Assembly: GCA_027366115.1 (NCBI GenBank)
Contig: DAHXLH010000154.1
Location: 2,753 to 66,752, forward strand
Source of the DNA: Phycisphaerales bacterium
Lineage (GTDB): Bacteria > Planctomycetota > Phycisphaerae > WQYP01
Reading direction: 5' to 3'
Length of the DNA: 64,000 bases
Made by a program: the position numbers and the translations under genes. Under the pieces are notes generated by a model that was not told where the DNA came from, did no database searches, and saw only the letters and a list, made by a program, of their open reading frames with translations. Below, piece after piece: positions 10,091-17,606 of this stretch; positions within the stretch are counted from its first letter, which is position 1; every line of letters starts with the position of its first letter.

Positions 10091-10824
10091 GTACATCTAT
10101 CGTTTCTCCAGCGTTTGATGTTGAAAAAATCAACGCGGATTTTCAGACGCGCGACCCCGCGGAGCTTGTGCAATGGGCGGCAGAGACATTTGGAACCGAT
10201 CTGATTATGACCAGCAGTTTCGGCGCGGAAAGTATGTGCCTGATTCATCTGGCGGTTTCGGTTCGCCCGGATATTCCCATTGTGCTGGTGAATACCGGCT
10301 ATTTGTTTCCGCAGACACTGGCGTTTATGGAGGCTATGCGGCAACGCTTTCATTTAAACGTGCGCGAATATCACAGCCGCAATGATCCGGTCGTCTGGTT
10401 GACCGTCAATGGCGAGCCGGATCCGCGCGTGCGCCGGAACGTGGAAGCGTGTTGCGCTGCCAATAAAAATGAAGTCTTTAACCGAGCGATGCGGGAACTG
10501 GCCCCGGCCGCGTGGCTCCGGGGAGTGCGGGCTCATCAATCGGATCATCGCGCAACGATGCAAAGTGTGCAGTGGAATAAGCGCGTCAACTGCTGGGCTA
10601 TTTCACCCCTGCTGGGATGGAGTCATCGTGATATCCATCACTATATGAAGAAACATGAACTTCCCTACCATCCGCTGTGGGAACTGGGATACAATTCCAT
10701 CGGGTGTAATCCGGAAACCTGCACGCGCCCGGTCGGAACGGATGAAGACCAGCGCAGCGGCCGCTGGGCCGGCCTGGAAAAAAAAGAGTGCGGCATCCAT
10801 CTGGATCAGGGTGCGGGAATCTAG
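10087..10824 (+). CDS. cysH: Phosphoadenosine phosphosulfate / adenylylsulfate reductase (CysH family)
   Basis: C-terminal KKECGIH (ECGLH motif). Cys pairs ACCAANK and GCNPETC resemble the Fe-S type. ATGA overlap with the upstream PHP gene; the ORF opens at 10045. Confidence 0.88.
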   Translation: MSTSIVSPAFDVEKINADFQTRDPAELVQWAAETFGTDLIMTSSFGAESMCLIHLAVSVRPDIPIVLVNTGYLFPQTLAFMEAMRQRFHLNVREYHSRNDPVVWLTVNGEPDPRVRRNVEACCAANKNEVFNRAMRELAPAAWLRGVRAHQSDHRATMQSVQWNKRVNCWAISPLLGWSHRDIHHYMKKHELPYHPLWELGYNSIGCNPETCTRPVGTDEDQRSGRWAGLEKKECGIHLDQGAGI

Positions 10825-10874
10825 GAGCCTGTCCGAGTAATCGCAATCCCGGCCATTACTCGGACAGGCTCCTA
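10822..10874 (+). terminator. Perfect 20-bp inverted repeat hairpin at the cysH stop (terminator-like, no U-tract)
   Basis: taggagcctgtccgagtaat (10822-10841) and attactcggacaggctccta (10855-10874) flank a 13-nt loop. The cysH stop codon TAG is the first triplet of the left arm. Confidence 0.5.
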
Positions 10875-10883
10875 GCGGGGCAA

Positions 10884-11057
10884 GAAGTTAGAAGTTAGTT
10901 AGGAGTTAGAAGATTTTGGAAGCGCTGGCGATGCCATTTTGTTTGGCGTTCACGCGCCCTCCCAGCTTTCCCTAATTCCGTCCTCGTCCCACTCCCCCAT
11001 TTTTACTCATTACTCCTTATTCATTATTCATTTCCCCCGTCCCCTGTAACTGTAAGC
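10884..11057. repeat. Mosaic of heptanucleotide tandem repeats
   Basis: gaagtta x2, gttagga and gttagaa at 10884-10911. A 7-nt register then runs tttactc/attactc/cttattc/attattc/atttccc/ccgtccc/ctgtaac/tgtaagc (~11002-11057) and ends in the GTCCCCTGTAAC core. Confidence 0.7.
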
Positions 11058-11184
11058 TCGCGTCGGGTCCCAAAACAATCCAAAATGCTTACGTTATATG
11101 ACGTTGCAACACAATATTTTGATTCTCACTTAAGTCCGCGCCTGCGCTACCCGATAACTATGGGTTGAACAGGAGATTCGGGAT

Positions 11185-12135
11185 ATGCAGTATAGACATG
11201 GGCGATTGCGGGCGTTTACGCTGATAGAATTGTTGGTGGTCATTTCAATTATTGCTTTATTAATCGCCATCCTGCTGCCCAGCTTGGCGCGGGCGAAAGA
11301 ACTGGCGAACCGTGCGGTATGCGCCGCCAATGTGCGGGGTATTGTGCAATCCATGTTTATTTATGCACAGAGCAATCAGAGTCAATTTCCCAGCGTGTTG
11401 CCTCCAGCCAGCACCACTTACCAGAATGGCCCCGGCGCGGCGGCGACAGATTCAGCGGGGAACATTGGCACAATTTTGGAAAGCATGTACGGCAGCAATG
11501 CCTGGCAGGAAGGTTCGCCCATGGCATGCATGTGGCTGATGGTGCTAAGCGGGCAAATTACGCCCAAGAGCTTTATATGCCCATCCGATCTTCTGGCGAC
11601 CGCACCGTCGGATGAATACAGCAGCAGCAGTACCTACTATTCCGATTTTGGAGTTGTCAGGGGAACCGTTTCCAATACCGGTCAGGGCGAAAGCTACTCC
11701 ATGTCATTTCCCTGGAATAATATGAATGGTGCCTTTATCGCCGGCAGTTGGTGGAATACCAATGCCGCCAGTGCTGAATTGCCCATGGTTTCCGATATGG
11801 CGCCGGCAGCCGATACATCCGCCGCCGGTAATGCCGAACGGGACCCCACGCAGGCAATGGCCAATACCTACGGCAACTTTATTTTCAACTCTGGGAATCA
11901 TAATGGTGATGGCCAGAACGTCGGCTTCGGCGACGCTCACGTGGCCTGGTGTGTGACGCCCTATGTCGGAGAAAACCGCGATAACATATTCACTTATGCT
12001 TCCAGCGGCGGCGTCGGCGGCGGTGGAACAGCTCTGACACCCACAGGCACCGCTCCAAGTTCCGTTTTACCTACCATTGCACCGTTTGATACGGTTATGA
12101 CGCCGGTGCGCGATGTGGCCACAGGTGCTTGGTAA
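11185..12135 (+). CDS. DUF1559 / prepilin-type N-terminal cleavage-methylation domain protein (H-X9-DG class)
   Basis: N-terminus [31 protein letters not shown]-terminus [22 protein letters not shown]. Paralog of 50499-51536. Confidence 0.88.
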   Translation: MQYRHGRLRAFTLIELLVVISIIALLIAILLPSLARAKELANRAVCAANVRGIVQSMFIYAQSNQSQFPSVLPPASTTYQNGPGAAATDSAGNIGTILESMYGSNAWQEGSPMACMWLMVLSGQITPKSFICPSDLLATAPSDEYSSSSTYYSDFGVVRGTVSNTGQGESYSMSFPWNNMNGAFIAGSWWNTNAASAELPMVSDMAPAADTSAAGNAERDPTQAMANTYGNFIFNSGNHNGDGQNVGFGDAHVAWCVTPYVGENRDNIFTYASSGGVGGGGTALTPTGTAPSSVLPTIAPFDTVMTPVRDVATGAW

Positions 12136-12281
12136 GCCGGGGAAAAATTTCCATCGTACAGTCCCATGTTTTAAATAAGTTGCCGAACCCCGACTTACCG
12201 CCCCTCACAAAGCCGTCGGCTCTGTCGGTGGTGCCGACTCCAATTGCCGCGTAAGCATGGAAAATATTTTAGTACTATCGC

Positions 12282-12464
12282 TTAAGCCGCCTTGCCGCGC
12301 GCCAGAAAGAAATAAAGGATAGATCCCAGCACCCACAGAAAGAGCATGAGGATCACCCAGAGAATTTTAACGCCCACACTGTGGCGGCTGGTCAACAGAT
12401 CAATAAGCATCCAAAGCCAGAATATAAAGCAGGCCAGAGAAATAAGACCAAAAATCGCACCCAT
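12282..12464 (-). CDS. Small membrane protein, PLD-nuclease N-terminal (PLDc_N)-like
   Basis: 60 aa with two TM helices; WLWMLIDLL...ILWVILMLFLWVLGSILYF is typical of the family. Confidence 0.6.
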   Translation of the reverse strand: MGAIFGLISLACFIFWLWMLIDLLTSRHSVGVKILWVILMLFLWVLGSILYFFLARGKAA

Positions 12465-12565
12465 ATGTTTCTACTCCAACATTATGCACATAGACCACCA
12501 CCTTGCCTTAGCCATCGCCGTTTTGCAATCGCTTGGCCCCGGCTCTACCCACCCGCTGTTCCCCG

Positions 12566-12621
12566 CCTGTCCCCGGTCCCCTGTCCCCGGTCCCCTGTAA
12601 CCTGTAACCTGTAACCTGTAA
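12566..12621. repeat. Heptanucleotide tandem repeat tract
   Basis: Eight units in a 7-nt register: (cctgtcc ccggtcc)x2 followed by (cctgtaa)x4, then cccacat. It shares GTCCCCTGTAAC and CTGTAACCCACA with other tracts. Confidence 0.85.
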
Positions 12622-12633
12622 CCCACATCCCCG

Positions 12634-13176
12634 CTATCGTAGGTCATTTTCATCCAGTAGGACAAAATGCTCTTCCGAAAGCACCATGCTGGCCAACGCC
12701 GGATTATCCACATGGATCACCACCGCCGCCGCACGATGCGGATCGGTGATCAAGCCATAGACATAATGTATATCTATTTCCGCGCTTAATAGCGCCTTGC
12801 CGATACGCGCCAATCCTTCGCCGGAGGCCGTAGACGGCATTTCCACGGCGACCAGCTCACAGACGGAAAAGCGGTAATCGTTCTGCCGCAGGACATCAGC
12901 CGCCATGTCCGCGTCGCTAAATACGAATCGTACAATGGCGCAGTCCACGCCTTGCATAACCGTCAGGGCCAGCGTGCGGACCTCGGAGTGTTCAAAAATT
13001 CCCATCAGCGAGGCCAAAGCCCCGACACGATTTTCAACAAATACCGATAATTGACGCACGCACGGGGTATCCCGTCCGCGTTTGGTAATTGGTTTTTCGC
13101 GTGTATTCGCCATGGCGAACATCTTAACATGACTTGCGCTGCGATGTAAGAAAAATCCGCCGGAATTTTCCCGCAA
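12634..13176 (-). CDS. ACT-domain protein
   Basis: RQLSVFVENRVGALASLMGIF... and a second ACT-like half. The start is uncertain: TTG 13176, ATG 13122 or ATG 13113. It lies 9 nt downstream of the CBS gene. Confidence 0.6.
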   Translation of the reverse strand: MRENSGGFFLHRSASHVKMFAMANTREKPITKRGRDTPCVRQLSVFVENRVGALASLMGIFEHSEVRTLALTVMQGVDCAIVRFVFSDADMAADVLRQNDYRFSVCELVAVEMPSTASGEGLARIGKALLSAEIDIHYVYGLITDPHRAAAVVIHVDNPALASMVLSEEHFVLLDENDLR

Positions 13177-13185
13177 GGCGATTAC

Positions 13186-13623
13186 CTACACCCGGCCATA
13201 GAGGTATTCATTCAAATGCGTGATAGTGACCTCCTGGTCACTGGCCTGTCGGGCATTCAGATCGCCGATGGAAATCAACCCCAGCAGGCGGCCTTCGGCA
13301 TCGCAGACCGGCAGATGCCGCACGCGGCGTGACTGCATGATGCTGCTGGCATCTTCGATGGTTGTGTCGGGCGTTACCACGACGACATCGGATGTCATCG
13401 CATCGCCAACTTTCACCTGCCGCGGATTTTTCTCTTCCGCCACAACACGGGTGAGAATATCGCGTTCACTTAAAATGCCGATGACGCGATCACCCTCGGT
13501 GACCATCAATGAACCAATGCGGTGACGGTTCATTTTTTGTGTGGCTTCCAGAACTGTGGCATCGAGGCTGATGCTGAAGACGTGACTGGACTTGCCCGCC
13601 AGAAGGCATGCAACGGTGGCCAT
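13186..13623 (-). CDS. CBS-domain pair protein
   Basis: Two CBS repeats: HRIGSLMVTEGDRVIGILSERDI and VRHLPVCDAEGRLLGLISIGDL. Confidence 0.85.
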   Translation of the reverse strand: MATVACLLAGKSSHVFSISLDATVLEATQKMNRHRIGSLMVTEGDRVIGILSERDILTRVVAEEKNPRQVKVGDAMTSDVVVVTPDTTIEDASSIMQSRRVRHLPVCDAEGRLLGLISIGDLNARQASDQEVTITHLNEYLYGRV

Positions 13624-13780
13624 ACGTGACCTCCTAAAAAGGAACCAACCAATAAGCTGTCACCTACCAAGGTGGCAACCGGAAATGCAGTTGATTACCC
13701 ATAACTATATCCCGATGAGATTGCGAAGCAACATTGTGAATAAGATAACAATCTAGTGCTCTCTCGGGTATAATTTCCCC

Positions 13781-14971
13781 ATGACGACAGCCTCCCCAAC
13801 GGATTTATCCCCACCAGCCAATGATCCAACTGCACGCTCCCGAGCCGCAAGTTTAGTATGCATGACCTGGACCCATTTTCTTAATGATGGGGCCGCGTTT
13901 TATCTGCCTGGTATTCTTCCTGCAGTGCTTACGGCCTTGCATCAGCCCCTGGCCATGGTGGGCATCATCATGGCCGCGACGTATATGGGGCAGGCATTAC
14001 AGCCGGCGGCCGGCATTCTGGCGGACAAAGTGGGGGGGAAAATGTTTATCATTGGCGGCCTTTTTGGCTGTTGCGTGGCCGGAGCCTTGGTGGGGTTATC
14101 GCCTAATGTGGGAGTCCTGCTGGTGCTGTTGCTGGTGTCCGGGTTGGGCAGCACAATTTTTCATCCCCAGGCTCTGGCGGCTGTGCGAAGCTTGACGGAA
14201 CGCCGCCACGGGGCGGGCTTGTCGCTATTTTTAATCGGCGGCGAACTGGGTCGCGGAGCGTGGCCTCTGTTGACCAGTGTGATTGTCGTATATCTGGGGC
14301 TGCATAACCTATGGATTATTGCGTTGCCAATGCTGGTGACCTTGCCGTTTATGATCAAGTTGATACCCAGTTTGCCCCCGCGAAGTCAAAGTGCTCCAAA
14401 ACTTCATTGGCGCGAGCACCGCAAGCCGTTTCTGGTGCTGGTGAGTTTTTCAGCCTTTCGCGGATTGGCCGTTTTTGGAACCATTGTGTTTATTCCCCTG
14501 ATGTGGAAGCTCCGGGGCGGTGCTCTGGTTTCGGGCGCCTCCATCATCAGCACGCTTTTAATTACCGGTGTGATCGGGCAGGCCACAGGGGGAACCGTTT
14601 CGGATCGCTTCGGCCGGCGGCCGGTGCTGGTGGGCAGCAGTATTGTCATGCTGCTTTTATTGCCGCTGGTAGTTGTTGCCGGCGGGCCGTGGCTATGGCT
14701 CGTAGCGGCTATTCTGGGCATTGCCATGTTCAGCACGTTTTCGCCGACATTGTTAATTGGGCAGGATATGTTCCCGGAGAACCGGGCCTTGGGTTCAGGC
14801 ATTGCGCTGGGGCTTTCCAACGCCTTGGGGGCGGCAGGACTTTTGCCGCTGGGCTGGGTGCTGCATCAGTTCGGAATTAACGTGGTATTCGGAATTCTCA
14901 CCGCCAGTGCGGCGATGATGTTTATCGTGTCTCTGACCTTTACGCCCAAAGTTCATCCGTCCATGCATTAG
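13781..14971 (+). CDS. MFS transporter
   Basis: About 12 predicted TM segments with an MFS-like loop GTVSDRFGRRPVL. A TATAAT at 13769-13774 lies only 6 nt upstream of the ATG. Confidence 0.8.
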   Translation: MTTASPTDLSPPANDPTARSRAASLVCMTWTHFLNDGAAFYLPGILPAVLTALHQPLAMVGIIMAATYMGQALQPAAGILADKVGGKMFIIGGLFGCCVAGALVGLSPNVGVLLVLLLVSGLGSTIFHPQALAAVRSLTERRHGAGLSLFLIGGELGRGAWPLLTSVIVVYLGLHNLWIIALPMLVTLPFMIKLIPSLPPRSQSAPKLHWREHRKPFLVLVSFSAFRGLAVFGTIVFIPLMWKLRGGALVSGASIISTLLITGVIGQATGGTVSDRFGRRPVLVGSSIVMLLLLPLVVVAGGPWLWLVAAILGIAMFSTFSPTLLIGQDMFPENRALGSGIALGLSNALGAAGLLPLGWVLHQFGINVVFGILTASAAMMFIVSLTFTPKVHPSMH

Positions 14972-14978
14972 CTCGCAA

Positions 14979-15043
14979 TTTCATAAAACGGCTACATTTT
15001 GGCAGATATTGGCCTTGCCGGATTCGACAGGCTGTTCTATAGT
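14979..15043 (+). promoter_or_regulatory. Promoter module copy 1: upstream box + TTGCCG-17-TATAGT
   Basis: Box tttcataaaacggctacattttggcaga (14979-15006), then 8 nt, -35 TTGCCG (15015-15020), a 17-nt spacer and -10 TATAGT (15038-15043). About 88% identical to 20641-20705. Confidence 0.65.
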
Positions 15044-15093
15044 TCGGATCAGTTAATCTTAATGAGACTTGCTCATCAACAGGAGAATCCCCG

Positions 15094-17544
15094 ATGTTTG
15101 AACAGCGTATCAAAGAATCTTGCACACGCCTCCAAGGCTGGGTTGCTCTATTTTGTAGTCTGGCGCTGGTGGTATGCGGTTTCTTGCAATCGCCCGAAGC
15201 CGATGCAGCAACCAGGACGCAAGTCGTGCAGATCCACCCGGGACAGGTACGCAACACGATTGATCCTAAAGTCTATGGCCAGTTTCTTGAACACATCTAT
15301 CACTCCGCCGATAACGGCGTATGGGGACAACTTATCTGGAATCCTAGCTTTGAGCAGGGAGTCGGCGGGGGCGGCAGGTACTGGGTGGCCAGCGGAAGCC
15401 AGATCAGACAACTTGGGGGCGGCTCTGGCGTGGTCAAGACCTTCGGCCAGGCTGGCTGGTCGAATTACGAGGTGTCATTGGACGCAAAAAAGATCAGCGG
15501 CCAGGAGGGTTTTCTTATACTGTTCTATGACCGCAATGCCAAGCACTTTCTCTGGCTGAATCTGGGAGGATGGCGTGATACCCAGGATGCCATCCAGCGG
15601 TCACGGGGAAATAACATTCCGGGGGTGGTGGTATCCCAGCCGACGATTCATATCAAAACCGGCGTCTGGTATCACATTCGCCTCCGTTGCCATGGGCCGC
15701 ACGTACAGGCATGGGTGAACGGCAAGAAAGTCTTTGATCAATCGCTGCATGGCGGTTCAAAGTTTCAGGGAAAGGTCGGTATCGGCACATGGCAGACACA
15801 GGCGGCGTTCAAGCATATCCGCATCACCACGATTGCCGGGGGAAAAACCCTTTTCAGCGGGGTGCCAAAAGTTAAGGTTGTAAAAGCGCCACCCTTTAAC
15901 GTGCGTTTCTGGTCGACTTATGGAAGGGGTCGTGTTGCCCCCACAGAGCAAGACCCGCGCAACAGCGAGCGATGCGTCAAGATTGTTTCGACCGGAAGTC
16001 CCACGGGGGTGCAACAAAGCGATGTCTGCCTGAGATACGCAGGAGAGTATCGCGGGTCGTTATGGCTCCGCGGAGCGGCACCCCAGGGCGTTGTGCTCCG
16101 GATGGTAGCGGGCAACAAGGTTCTATATCAAAAAAACATCGCGACGGTCACACCTGATTGGGGCCGGGTTGCATTTTCCTTCAGCGTCGCCAAGGCTTTC
16201 AAACGAGCGACACTGCAGATTGGTCTAAGTGGCTCTGGGACAGCGTATGTGGATGAAGTGTCGCTGATGTCCCAGCGTGCGATAAATAACGGGGGATTTC
16301 GGCCGGACGTTTTGGCGGCGATCAAGGCTCTTAAGCCCACGCTCATTCGCTGGCCCGGTGGGGGCTATACCGACGGATATCAATGGATGCATGGCATTGG
16401 GCCGGATGTTGACCGTGTCTCCGAGCGTAATGCCTGGAACGATGATGATCCCAACGATTTTGGCACCGATGAATATATCCACTACTGTCGTCTCGTTGGC
16501 GCGTCCCCGGAAATATGCTTCGATACCGGTCCCAGTAATGCCAGTAAGAAGATGCGGGAACATTTCATTCGACAGGCATGCCGATGGCTGGAATATTGCA
16601 ACAGCCCGGTTACCAATAAATGGGGAGCGCTACGGGCCAAATACGGCCATCCCAAGCCGTATAACGTCAAATACTGGGAAGTCGGCAATGAGGTATGGTT
16701 CACCTATAAGGCTCCGCAATACATCAAGGCTCTCGTTGAATTTACCACAGCACTGAAAAAGATTGATCCCAGAATTCGGATTATCGCCTGCGGCAGCGGT
16801 GGTCTCAATCTGAAATGGAACCGCGAAATCATCAACGCCGATGCGCGTTATTTTAACTATCTGAGCATTCACCAGTACGTCTGGCCGCCCTATTACATCA
16901 ACGGCGCGAGAGACTACCTGAATTTCATCCGTAAAACAGGCAACATAATCCGGAAATCCGCCAATCCTAAAATCAAAATGTTCGTATCCGAATGGAATGA
17001 AATGACCATTGACTGGAGAACGGGAATCTTTGCCGGGATGATCCTCACCGGCTTCGAGCGGCAGGGTTCCGTGGTGGGCATGGCCTCACCGGCGCTTTTC
17101 CTGCGATGGGTGGGGCAAAACAAAAAGGATTGGAACAACGCCTTGATTAATTTCAGCCGACGTTCCTGGTTCCCCGCACCTAATTATGTTGTCATGAAAT
17201 TCTGGCGCGATCATTTTGCAAAATACCGCGTCGCCGCGACGGCCGTGAAAGGCCTTGAGGCGGACGCCACGGTTTCCGCCAACCACCAGACCGCCTATTA
17301 CAAAGCGGTGAATCTGACCGATCTCCCGATGCATCTGACCCTGGCAATGGGCAAGGGATTCCCCCTGGGCGCGGTTCATGCCGGAACGGTGGCACCCTCT
17401 TCGGATCGTGTTGCCAACACAATGCATCATCCCGCCAGAATTGCTCCCGAGCCGCTGAAAATTGCGGTAAGCGGTCAGCAGGTAACCTTTACGGTTGCCG
17501 GACATTCGGCGACAATTGTGACCATGCGGCGTGCCGGAAAATAG
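15094..17544 (+). CDS. GH51-like alpha-L-arabinofuranosidase with inserted DUF1080/LamG-like and CBM4_9-like modules
   Basis: N-terminus IDPKVYGQFLEHIYH...NPSFE. Catalytic barrel LIRWPGGGYTDGYQWMHGIGP...WLEYCN...VKYWEVGNEVW. The insert carries WYHIRLRCHGPHVQAWVNGKKVF...FKHIRIT. A signal peptide is present. Confidence 0.75.
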   Translation: MFEQRIKESCTRLQGWVALFCSLALVVCGFLQSPEADAATRTQVVQIHPGQVRNTIDPKVYGQFLEHIYHSADNGVWGQLIWNPSFEQGVGGGGRYWVASGSQIRQLGGGSGVVKTFGQAGWSNYEVSLDAKKISGQEGFLILFYDRNAKHFLWLNLGGWRDTQDAIQRSRGNNIPGVVVSQPTIHIKTGVWYHIRLRCHGPHVQAWVNGKKVFDQSLHGGSKFQGKVGIGTWQTQAAFKHIRITTIAGGKTLFSGVPKVKVVKAPPFNVRFWSTYGRGRVAPTEQDPRNSERCVKIVSTGSPTGVQQSDVCLRYAGEYRGSLWLRGAAPQGVVLRMVAGNKVLYQKNIATVTPDWGRVAFSFSVAKAFKRATLQIGLSGSGTAYVDEVSLMSQRAINNGGFRPDVLAAIKALKPTLIRWPGGGYTDGYQWMHGIGPDVDRVSERNAWNDDDPNDFGTDEYIHYCRLVGASPEICFDTGPSNASKKMREHFIRQACRWLEYCNSPVTNKWGALRAKYGHPKPYNVKYWEVGNEVWFTYKAPQYIKALVEFTTALKKIDPRIRIIACGSGGLNLKWNREIINADARYFNYLSIHQYVWPPYYINGARDYLNFIRKTGNIIRKSANPKIKMFVSEWNEMTIDWRTGIFAGMILTGFERQGSVVGMASPALFLRWVGQNKKDWNNALINFSRRSWFPAPNYVVMKFWRDHFAKYRVAATAVKGLEADATVSANHQTAYYKAVNLTDLPMHLTLAMGKGFPLGAVHAGTVAPSSDRVANTMHHPARIAPEPLKIAVSGQQVTFTVAGHSATIVTMRRAGK

Positions 17545-17606
17545 ATGTAATGGCGGCGTTTATTTCATTGCATCACTGACCGGCGAATTAAATTTGGGAG
17601 AACTTC

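Noticed and set aside
12566-12621. CRISPR array
   Set aside because: The units are 7 nt, directly abutting, with no spacers. No cas genes are present in the window.
14999-15020. Sigma-54 promoter reading of TGGCAG...TTGC in the conserved module
   Set aside because: The GG-to-GC spacing does not fit the -24/-12 consensus: the TTGG/TTGT is 2 nt too close and the TTGCC 4 nt too far. A TTGCCG-17-TATAGT sigma70-type arrangement fits perfectly in both copies.
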